DNA from: Faecousia sp.
GTDB lineage: Bacteria > Bacillota > Clostridia > Oscillospirales > Oscillospiraceae
Length of the DNA: 64,000 bases
Reading direction: 5' to 3'
Assembly (NCBI GenBank): GCA_045648245.1
Contig: JAZRNS010000078.1
Span: forward strand, 178-64,177
Within the stretch, counting starts at the first letter, position 1. Each line of letters starts with the position of its first letter. This document shows, piece by piece, positions 7,170-15,876 of this stretch. A program made the position numbers and the translations under genes. Below the pieces are notes generated by a model. The model ran no database searches and was not told the origin of the DNA. It saw nothing but the letters and a program-made list of their open reading frames with translations.

Positions 7170-10100
7170 ATGAAAAAGAACAAATGGATTCATTTCACCC
7201 GTTCGGCTTTGGTTCTGGCGCTGGCGGCCGTGATCCTGGTCTGTGCACTCTATGTGCCCCAGGCTCGCGCAACAGGCTATCAGGCGTCTTATATTGAGGC
7301 GATGAACCAAGCCCTTAATGTAAATTATAAGGACTATCTGAACAGCGATGTTGTATATCAGCTGCCGGATGGTGTCGGAGATGATGAGCAGATTTCTGTA
7401 ATCATTGCGCTGGATATGATGGATATCATGTCTGCCTATGAATATACAGATAAGTCTGTGGACTTCACCGAGTATGCGCTCTATAGCGACGATGCTGTAA
7501 AGATTGAAGCTGACATTGCAGAGCGGAAAACTGAGATTTTGTCCAAGCTGGACGAGCTGGGTGTAGACTATACAACCGGCAAGGAATATTCTACTTTGCT
7601 CAGTGGTTTTGAAGTCCTTGTGAAGGCTGGCGACTTTGCTACTACTTGCTCTGCTTTGAATAAGGGCGAGAATGCCATTATCAGTGAGGTCTATCAGGCT
7701 GCTTCTACTGAACTGGTTGAGAATACTGTTAATGTGTATGATACAGGTATTTTCAACAGCAGCGAGTCCGGCTATGATGGATCCGGCATGGTTGTAGCAG
7801 TTCTGGATACAGGTCTTGATTCTAATCATACTGCATTCTCTGTTGATAACTTTACTTCCGAAAATCTGGGTCTGACCTATGATGATGTTGCAGCAGTGAT
7901 CAGCAAGACCAAGGCGAACACCCTTTCCGGCGGTCTGACTGTTGATGATGTCTATGTGAATGCAAAGGTGCCGTTTGCTTATGACTATGCTGACAGCGAT
8001 TCCGACGCCTACTCCACTCACAATAACCATGGTACCCATGTTTCCGGTGTTATTGTCGGTAAGGACGATGTCATTACCGGTGTTGCACCCAACGCACAGG
8101 TCGTTGCTATGAAGGTGTTCTCTGATGTGGTGGACACGGCAATGAGCTCCTGGATTTTGGATGCTTTGGAAGACTGTGTGATTTTGGGCGTAGATGCCAT
8201 TAACATGTCTTTGGGTACAGCTGCCGGCTTTAGCCGCGAATCTGACGAAGAGCTGGTCTATGGTGTTTATGAGAAGATCCGCAATGCAGGCATCAGCCTG
8301 ATCGTTGCAGCTTCCAACAGCTATTCTTCCGCTTACGGTTCTGATGCCAACGGTAATTTGGGTCTGACTTCAAACCCCGATACCGGTACAGTCGGTTCTC
8401 CCGGTACATATCCCGGTACAATTTCTGTTGCATCCATCAGCGGTAAGAAGACACCTTACCTGATGTTCAATAAGTCTATCATCTATTTCGACGAAGCAAA
8501 TGACGGCGCAGCAAAAGAGCTGAACTTCTTTGAAACCCTTTTGGGCGACGAATCCTCCAAGACATACGAATATGTTACGATCCCCGGTGTTGGCAGAACT
8601 GCTGACTATACCGGTTTGGATGTAAACGGTAAGATCGCGCTGGTGCGCCGTGGCGACAATACCTTTGAAGAAAAGGCCATGATTGCCCAGGCACAGGGCG
8701 CTGCCGGTATTATTATCTATAATAATGTATCCGGTGAAGTAAAAATGAATGTAGGCGATGCCACATTGGCAGTTTGCTCTGTTTCTCAGAGCGATGGCGA
8801 AATGATGGCTGAGCAGGGAAGTGGTAAGCTGAACATCAAGAAGGATCAGACCTCTGGCCCCTTCATTTCTGACTTCTCTTCCTGGGGTCCTACTCCCGAT
8901 TTGAAGATCAAGCCTGAAATTACTGCTCACGGCGGTAATATCTATTCTTCCGTTACAGGCGGCGGTTATGACTACCTATCCGGTACTTCCATGGCTTGTC
9001 CCAACCTGGCAGGCGTTGTGCTGCTGATGCGTCAGTATGTTGTGGAGAATTTCCCTGACATCGCAAACGACAATGTTGCCGTCAATAAGATGGTCAACAA
9101 GCTGATGATGTCCACAGCGGATATTATCATGAATACCAACGGTCAGCCCTATGCGATCAGAAAGCAGGGCGCAGGCTTAGCTAATTTGGCATCCTCTTTG
9201 GCGACTACCGCCTATATCACCACCTATGATTCAGACGGCAACGCCATGGACACCACAAAGCTGGAGCTGGGCGATGATCCGGATAAGACCGGCGTTTATG
9301 AGATGAAGTTCACCGTTACCAACTTTGGCAGCAAGAATGTATCTTATAATGTTGGCGCTTATGTGATGACCGAAGGCGTCAGCGATACAAAGACCAATGC
9401 CGGTGAAACAACCGTTACAGAAGAGGCTTATATTCTGGACGGCGCATCTGTGAATGTTACAGCTGCGGATTCCGATTCCGGTTCTCTGAAGAACAATAAG
9501 CTGACTGTTAAGGCAGGCGGCAGCGTAGATGTTACTGTTACGGTAACACTTACCGATGCAAATAAGGAATACCTGAACAAGTCCTTTGCCAACGGTATGT
9601 ATGTAGAAGGCTTTGTAACCTTGGACGCTGTAAAGGGTACAGATATCGACCTGAATGTGCCTTATTTGGCTTTCTATGGCGACTGGACCCGGGCTCCTTT
9701 GTTTGACCTGACCTACTATCAGACAAATGCTGACGAACTGGATAAGGGTCTGGATGAAGAAGATAAGCTGAAGGCAGATGCCTATGCAACTCGTTTGGTG
9801 GGCGGCATGGAGCAGGACTATGTCAGCTATCTCGGCTCTTATTACTTCCTGCAGGATCCTGAGGATATGGTTATCTCTGCTACGGAGGACTATATTGCTC
9901 TGTCCAATCAGGAAGGCACCGTACACTCCCTGCGCTTTATGTGGACCGGTATGCTCAGAAATGCAGCAACGGTCAAGGTTGTGATCACGGACGACACCAC
10001 CGGTGAAGTGGTGTTTGAAGTGGAAGATGTTGATGTGCGTAAGTCCTATGGCGATGGCGGCTCTATCTACCCTGCGAATGTGGAGATCGAGTTCGACACC

Positions 10101-13100
10101 ATGGAATACAACTTCGCCAACAACAGCAAGTTTACAGTATCTATTACCGGCTTGCTGGACTACGGCGACGGCGGTGAAGCAACCAACGAGGTCAACACCT
10201 ACACCTTCCCCCTGACGATCGATTTTGAAGCACCTACCGTTACAGATGTTGAGTACTACTATGAGTACGATAAGACACTTAAGAAGAACCGTCTGTATGC
10301 CAAGGCTGCTATTTATGATAATCACTATGCAATGTCTGCACAGTTGGGCGTTGTAGTTATGGGTAAGGACGAAAACGATAATGCCGCTCCCGAGATGAAG
10401 GCATTTGAGCAGTACATGACTCCTGTGTATTCTCAGGAAAACAGTACTACCTATGTAACCTTCGAACTGACGGACTACATCTATAATATTAAGGAAAACT
10501 CCTATAGCGGAAACAGCTTTGTTATCACCGCATATGACTATGCGCTGAACTATGCAACTTATGAGATCGGTCTGCCAAGCGAGTATGTAGATTTCTACTT
10601 TGACGGCTTGGATGATGGCCTGACCTTGAGCGTAAATGAGGTGTTCTCCCTGGAGCCTGCTGTCTATCCGGAAAGTGCATGGACAGAATTGCTGGAGTTT
10701 ACTTCCTCTAAGAACAGCGTTGTTCGTGTTGTGAACAACAAGCTGGTTGCAGTATCCGACGGCAAGGCAGTTGTGAAGGTTCGCGACCCCGCAACCAATA
10801 AGAGCCTGACCTTTACGGTCAATGTTCTTGGTGAGGGAGACGAAGGCTTCCGCCGATTCGATAAGCCTGTTGCAGATGTCTTTACACTCACTGGCTATAC
10901 CACGCAGAAGGCGTTCTTTATGCTGGCCAGCGAGGATAAGAAGCTGGGCGATACCGGTGATTCCCGGTTCTTTGAGGGTAACTTCAATCTGGAAATGTAT
11001 CCGTCTGAGTCTGTTCTGCTGAACTATGATCTGGACGCATACTTCCCCAATGATACAACTGTGTCCTTTGAAACCAGTAATGAAAATATCGTCAAAATCG
11101 ACGGCAACGGCATTGTTACAGCTGTGGCAGAGGGTTATGCTTCTGTAACTGTTAAGGTTTTGATGGACGGCAAGAGCACCTATTACTCTGAGTCCGTTTC
11201 TATTGAAGTTAAGGATCCCTACGTGTCTACGGCTGCGTCCTTGACCCATTACTACGGTAATGGCGGTGTGGTCATGATTCCCACCGACCTGTCCCTCAGA
11301 GAGATCGGAAACTTTGCGTTCTCCAACTTTGACTATGTTCCCAAGACCGAGGAAGAGTTGGCATTTGACGACAGAGAGACAACCAAGCAGTGGTACATCG
11401 GTGAATCCACCATTACAAAGGTGGTTATTCCCGAGGGCGTTGAGAAGATCGGTGCATATGCCTTTGCAAACCTGACTGCTTTGGAAGAAATTGTCCTGCC
11501 GTCCACCTTGCAGGCAATCGAGTACGGCGCATTCTACGGCTGTACCGCCTTGCAGAAGATTACCTTCAGCGGTGAGAACAACCTACAGATCATTAACCAG
11601 CATGCATTTGAGATGTGCGACCTGAAGGATACGGTGGATCTGTCTGCAATCTGCGTTGTTTCTGACTACGCCTTTGCGGGCAATAAGAATCTGAAGGAAG
11701 TCATTACTGCCGACAGCCTGCTGTCTATTGGTCAGTACGCATTTGCCGGATGTGAGAAGCTGGAGACTGTAACGATCACAGCTTCCAAGGTGAAGTACGG
11801 TGCATACGCCTTCACCGGTTGTGATGGTATTAAGTCCTTCTATGTAAACGCAGCAGTTCTGCCTGAGGGTATGTTCTACGAATGTGAGAACATGAAGAGC
11901 ATTACCATCGGTAAGGATGTCAATTATATTGGCGCATTTGCATTCCGGGATACGAAGATTTCTGAGTATATCGTGGAAGAGGGCAATGGTGCCTATAAGG
12001 TTCAGTCTAAGGACTACATTCTGTCCGCTGATGGAAAGACTCTGATTGCAGTTGCACCTACCAAGTCCGGCACATTCAATGCTAAGGACATGGATGGTGC
12101 TGAGGTTACAGCCATCGGTAACGGTGCATTCTCTCACAATATTGAAATTCAGAAGGTAGAGCTGCCCGATGTAACCGTGCTGGGCAACTATGCGTTCGGT
12201 TCTTCTGAGAGTCTGGAAACAGTAATTCTCGGCGACCTGACAAAGATCGGTGAGTATGCCTACTTTGAGACATCTATTACGGAGCTGCCCAAGTTTACTG
12301 CAGAAACCGAGATTGGCAAGTATGCTTTCTCCTTCACGGATATTACATCTGTAACCATTCCCGATAATATGAAGATCAGTGAAGGTGTCTTTAGTGAGTG
12401 CATGAGCCTGCAAACGGTTGTGATCGGCAATGATGTTGAGATTGGCGATTATGCATTTACCACCAATAAGGACAATGCATTTAAGGTCATTCCTTACTTG
12501 GATACCGAGTACTATTGCTACGAATTCAATACGGCACTGACCTCCTTGACCATTGGTAATAACGCAGTGATCGGTGAAAATGCATTCTCCTATGCTGCAG
12601 GTCTGGAAAGTGTAACGCTGGGTGAAAATGCAAAAATCGGAAGAATGGCATTCTACAACACCGTTAAGCTGAAGACCATCGACCTGAGCAAGGCACAGTC
12701 CATTGGTGATTATGCATTCTCCGGCGATGTGTACATGGTTTGCCTGGATACAGCGATGTCTTACGGCGCAGTTTCCAGCGAAGGCTACTATATCTACAGC
12801 TACTATGCTCCCATGCTGGAGGTTGCAGACCTGTCTGCATCTGCCTCTGTTGGTGAGTATGCATTTGCATACTGTAAGCAGCTCAAGCAGGTGAAGCTGG
12901 GTGATGCCATTACAGAAATCCCCACCTATGCCTTCACCGGTTGTGATAGCCTGACAGATATCAACCTGTCTAAGATCGTAACCATTGGCGATTATGCCTT
13001 CTCCGAGAGCGTAGCTTTGGAAAATGTAAACTTGTCTGCTGCCGAGACCATTGGTGAGTACGCCTTTGTTAACGGCAAGGCATTGGCAAATGTTGTTTTG

Positions 13101-14447
13101 AATCCCAACGGCTGTGAGCTGGCAGAGGGCGCATTCTGTTACAACGAGTGCCTGACCAATGTTGAAAACCTGAACACAGTTACTAAGATTGGCGACTATG
13201 CATTTGCATACTCTGCCATTACAAACGCAGATCTGTCCGGCGCTATTTCCATTGGCAACCTAGCATTTATGAAGGAGAATAAGACTCCCTTCACCGTAAC
13301 CCTGGGAAGTGCTCTGGAGACCATTGGCGATAACCCCTTCGCAATGTGCGAAATCGCACCCTTTGGTTTGAATGCTGATATTGAGTTCAACGGCAACGTT
13401 TATGGCAATGTGAATAACAACTACGCCATCAGCGATGCTGTTCAGGTCATTGACGGTAGCCTGTACTGCAAGGTTCCCAACGGCTTGGAGCTGATTACCT
13501 ACGCAGGCATCGACCACAGCAATGTCCATTTGGCTGAGGACACCGTCCGCATCACAGCTATGGCATTTGCCGGTACCGATGTGCAGATGGTTACCATGCC
13601 TTACTACACCACATCCATTGGACACAAGGCATTCTTCGGCTGTAACAAGCTGCATACCGTTGTGTTCGGCAGTCAGACAGCTCCCATTTTGGAGGAGGAG
13701 TTTGATCCTGCCTACTACGACTCTTTGGCGCACATTCCCGGCTCCGGCGATTATGGCACCTACACCGATTACGACGGCAACGAGGTCCAGATTGAGAGCA
13801 TGAATCTGCTGCCTTACTTTATGTGGAATTCCACCGGCGGTATGTACTCCAATGTTTTCTACGGTGCAAACTTTGTGGATTATGTTGGCTATGTAGGCGA
13901 TAAGCTGACCATGGTAAGACCTGCAAACGGTGTGAATTACGACTCCTATATTTACGGCTGCTACTTCGACATGGTAATCGATGGCGAAAGAGCACCGGAT
14001 AAGACGACTCTGGCAGCGATTGCTGCAATTAAGGCAATTCCCTCCGGCGTTACTTATGAAAATAAGGCGCTGGTTGAGGTTGCCCGTGCTGCTTACGATA
14101 AGGTAGCTACCCATGAGCAGAAGGCGCTGGTTTTGAACTATTCTGATCTGGTTTCCGCAGAACAGAGAATTCAGGCACTGGCACCTACAACACAGGAACC
14201 TGTGGATGAAACTCCGGCAACCGACTCCGGTAATGGCGGTGGATGGGTTGCTGCGATCGTGGTTGTTTGTGCAATCCTTGCCGGCGGCGCAGTATTCTTT
14301 GTTGTGAAGAAAAAGACTGCAAAACCTGAAGCAGAAGAAGTTCTGACAGAGCCGACAGGCACTGTGGAAACCGAATCTGAGGAAGTTCAGGAAGAAGAGG
14401 TTGAGGAGCTTGCAGAGCCTCAACAGGAAGAAACATCTGAAGAGTAA
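7170..14447 (+). CDS. Membrane-anchored S8 subtilase (lactocepin/C5a-peptidase-like) with PA, Fn3-like and Big_2 domains and BspA-type LRR repeats
   Basis: Signal peptide; catalytic triad VAVLDTG, HGTHVSG, SGTSMACP; PA domain DVNGKIALVRRG; Ig-like TSNENIVKIDGNG; many IG.YAF..C..L..V.L repeats; C-terminal TM helix, KKK and acidic tail. Confidence 0.9.
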   Translation: MKKNKWIHFTRSALVLALAAVILVCALYVPQARATGYQASYIEAMNQALNVNYKDYLNSDVVYQLPDGVGDDEQISVIIALDMMDIMSAYEYTDKSVDFTEYALYSDDAVKIEADIAERKTEILSKLDELGVDYTTGKEYSTLLSGFEVLVKAGDFATTCSALNKGENAIISEVYQAASTELVENTVNVYDTGIFNSSESGYDGSGMVVAVLDTGLDSNHTAFSVDNFTSENLGLTYDDVAAVISKTKANTLSGGLTVDDVYVNAKVPFAYDYADSDSDAYSTHNNHGTHVSGVIVGKDDVITGVAPNAQVVAMKVFSDVVDTAMSSWILDALEDCVILGVDAINMSLGTAAGFSRESDEELVYGVYEKIRNAGISLIVAASNSYSSAYGSDANGNLGLTSNPDTGTVGSPGTYPGTISVASISGKKTPYLMFNKSIIYFDEANDGAAKELNFFETLLGDESSKTYEYVTIPGVGRTADYTGLDVNGKIALVRRGDNTFEEKAMIAQAQGAAGIIIYNNVSGEVKMNVGDATLAVCSVSQSDGEMMAEQGSGKLNIKKDQTSGPFISDFSSWGPTPDLKIKPEITAHGGNIYSSVTGGGYDYLSGTSMACPNLAGVVLLMRQYVVENFPDIANDNVAVNKMVNKLMMSTADIIMNTNGQPYAIRKQGAGLANLASSLATTAYITTYDSDGNAMDTTKLELGDDPDKTGVYEMKFTVTNFGSKNVSYNVGAYVMTEGVSDTKTNAGETTVTEEAYILDGASVNVTAADSDSGSLKNNKLTVKAGGSVDVTVTVTLTDANKEYLNKSFANGMYVEGFVTLDAVKGTDIDLNVPYLAFYGDWTRAPLFDLTYYQTNADELDKGLDEEDKLKADAYATRLVGGMEQDYVSYLGSYYFLQDPEDMVISATEDYIALSNQEGTVHSLRFMWTGMLRNAATVKVVITDDTTGEVVFEVEDVDVRKSYGDGGSIYPANVEIEFDTMEYNFANNSKFTVSITGLLDYGDGGEATNEVNTYTFPLTIDFEAPTVTDVEYYYEYDKTLKKNRLYAKAAIYDNHYAMSAQLGVVVMGKDENDNAAPEMKAFEQYMTPVYSQENSTTYVTFELTDYIYNIKENSYSGNSFVITAYDYALNYATYEIGLPSEYVDFYFDGLDDGLTLSVNEVFSLEPAVYPESAWTELLEFTSSKNSVVRVVNNKLVAVSDGKAVVKVRDPATNKSLTFTVNVLGEGDEGFRRFDKPVADVFTLTGYTTQKAFFMLASEDKKLGDTGDSRFFEGNFNLEMYPSESVLLNYDLDAYFPNDTTVSFETSNENIVKIDGNGIVTAVAEGYASVTVKVLMDGKSTYYSESVSIEVKDPYVSTAASLTHYYGNGGVVMIPTDLSLREIGNFAFSNFDYVPKTEEELAFDDRETTKQWYIGESTITKVVIPEGVEKIGAYAFANLTALEEIVLPSTLQAIEYGAFYGCTALQKITFSGENNLQIINQHAFEMCDLKDTVDLSAICVVSDYAFAGNKNLKEVITADSLLSIGQYAFAGCEKLETVTITASKVKYGAYAFTGCDGIKSFYVNAAVLPEGMFYECENMKSITIGKDVNYIGAFAFRDTKISEYIVEEGNGAYKVQSKDYILSADGKTLIAVAPTKSGTFNAKDMDGAEVTAIGNGAFSHNIEIQKVELPDVTVLGNYAFGSSESLETVILGDLTKIGEYAYFETSITELPKFTAETEIGKYAFSFTDITSVTIPDNMKISEGVFSECMSLQTVVIGNDVEIGDYAFTTNKDNAFKVIPYLDTEYYCYEFNTALTSLTIGNNAVIGENAFSYAAGLESVTLGENAKIGRMAFYNTVKLKTIDLSKAQSIGDYAFSGDVYMVCLDTAMSYGAVSSEGYYIYSYYAPMLEVADLSASASVGEYAFAYCKQLKQVKLGDAITEIPTYAFTGCDSLTDINLSKIVTIGDYAFSESVALENVNLSAAETIGEYAFVNGKALANVVLNPNGCELAEGAFCYNECLTNVENLNTVTKIGDYAFAYSAITNADLSGAISIGNLAFMKENKTPFTVTLGSALETIGDNPFAMCEIAPFGLNADIEFNGNVYGNVNNNYAISDAVQVIDGSLYCKVPNGLELITYAGIDHSNVHLAEDTVRITAMAFAGTDVQMVTMPYYTTSIGHKAFFGCNKLHTVVFGSQTAPILEEEFDPAYYDSLAHIPGSGDYGTYTDYDGNEVQIESMNLLPYFMWNSTGGMYSNVFYGANFVDYVGYVGDKLTMVRPANGVNYDSYIYGCYFDMVIDGERAPDKTTLAAIAAIKAIPSGVTYENKALVEVARAAYDKVATHEQKALVLNYSDLVSAEQRIQALAPTTQEPVDETPATDSGNGGGWVAAIVVVCAILAGGAVFFVVKKKTAKPEAEEVLTEPTGTVETESEEVQEEEVEELAEPQQEETSEE

Positions 14448-14455
14448 GGGCTAAA

Positions 14456-14494
14456 CAGGGAAGGGTAGTGCTGCCATCAGCACTACCCACCCTG
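14456..14494 (+). other. Intra-operon GC-rich stem-loop without U-tract
   Basis: CAGGG-aa-GGGTAGTGCTG-ccat-CAGCACTACCC-a-CCCTG. Confidence 0.6.
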
Positions 14495-14521
14495 ACCCCA
14501 AAGATGAAGGATGCGGAAATT

Positions 14522-15847
14522 ATGAATTTGAAACGAAAAGCAATATGGTCTGCCGTTGTGCTTTTGCTCTTATGCCTGTTTGCGGCTGGTTGCGGTAAGG
14601 CGGATACGCCCTATCAGATCAATGACGCACAGAACTATACCCTTAGTGTAAAGTACGATGCAAACGGCGGCACATTTACGACCAACACCTCTGTGATCGT
14701 TGACTCCTACGATCTTTCTAAGGTCGCAAAGGACAGTAGCGGCATGGCACAGATCGCCCTGCTTTCTCCTGACGACACAGCAAGAGGAAACAATGCCTTT
14801 ACTGCCACCAAAAACGGCTATTTCCTGGCTGGTTGGTATACCCAGCGAAACGAGAACGGCACTGACAGTAACGGCAACACATTGTATACTTATTCCGGAA
14901 AATGGGACTTTGCAGCGGATCGCCTGCGTGTGGATCCCCAAAAGACCTATACTTCCGTCCAGCCGGAGATCACGCTGTATGCAGCCTGGATTCCGGTGTT
15001 CCAAATCGAATATTATGCACTGGATTCCGGTGAGCTTTTGAATACAGTAAGCTACAACCCTGTTCAGTCTGACGAGATCATGCTGCCCCAGTGGAATGAA
15101 TCTACCGGAAAGCTGGATATGAACGATGTTCCCGCAAGAGAGAACTATACCTTTACAGGTATGTATTTGGATAAAGAGGGAACGCAGGCCGTTGCAGATA
15201 AGACCATTACCCATACCGGCGTAATCGATTATGAAACAGCTTCTGCTGAGAATACTACCATGAAGCTGTATACAGATTGGACAGCAGGTGAGTGGTATCA
15301 CATTTACACGGTTGATCAGTTTCTGAGCAATGCAAGTCTCAATGGCAGCTATGTGATCCATGCAGACCTTGACTTTGCCGGCAAAATTTGGCCTACAGTT
15401 ATGATGTACGGTACTTTTACCGGCGAGATTCAGGGCAACGGACATACACTTAGCAACATTTCCGTTGAGCAGACCAATAACTCCAAGCTGAATGCAGGCT
15501 TGTTTGGACAGCTTTCTGAAACTGCAATGATTTCTGACCTGACCATTCAGAATGCTACATTCACGGTTAAGTCCGGCACCCGCATGGCGGGTACTGCCTA
15601 TGGACTTTTAGCAGGTGTAATTGCAGATAATGTAGACCTGTCCGGTTTGCACATTCTGAGCAGTACTCTGCGAATCGATTCCGGCTGCTATTTCGGCACA
15701 GACGATTACTCTATTGGCTTGGTTTGCGGTATGGGCAATGCCCAGCCTGCAACTGCCCAAATCAGTTGTGTTGCCTCTGGCAACAATGCGGAAAAGGTCC
15801 AAATTTCGGTAACTGATGGAACCGTAACGGTTGCATTTACCGATTGA
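14522..15847 (+). CDS. Lipoprotein with InlB-B-type repeats and a GLUG/beta-helix-like region
   Basis: Lipobox FAAGC; VKYDANGG...KNGYFLAGWY...ITLYAAW; second repeat RENYTFTGMY; FTGEIQGNGHTLSNI...AGLFG. Confidence 0.7.
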   Translation: MNLKRKAIWSAVVLLLLCLFAAGCGKADTPYQINDAQNYTLSVKYDANGGTFTTNTSVIVDSYDLSKVAKDSSGMAQIALLSPDDTARGNNAFTATKNGYFLAGWYTQRNENGTDSNGNTLYTYSGKWDFAADRLRVDPQKTYTSVQPEITLYAAWIPVFQIEYYALDSGELLNTVSYNPVQSDEIMLPQWNESTGKLDMNDVPARENYTFTGMYLDKEGTQAVADKTITHTGVIDYETASAENTTMKLYTDWTAGEWYHIYTVDQFLSNASLNGSYVIHADLDFAGKIWPTVMMYGTFTGEIQGNGHTLSNISVEQTNNSKLNAGLFGQLSETAMISDLTIQNATFTVKSGTRMAGTAYGLLAGVIADNVDLSGLHILSSTLRIDSGCYFGTDDYSIGLVCGMGNAQPATAQISCVASGNNAEKVQISVTDGTVTVAFTD

Positions 15848-15876
15848 GATAGTAAATTAATTTAAGGAGCGATATC

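Noticed and set aside
9231-11249. 672-aa antisense ORF (also 13260-14423, 15862-17946, 28443-29807 and similar)
   Set aside because: Shadow frames opposite strongly codon-biased genes; no RBS or recognisable motifs.
14200-14240. Sortase motif in the protease (ETPATD)
   Set aside because: Not LPxTG-like, and the long acidic tail after the TM helix fits a membrane anchor better.
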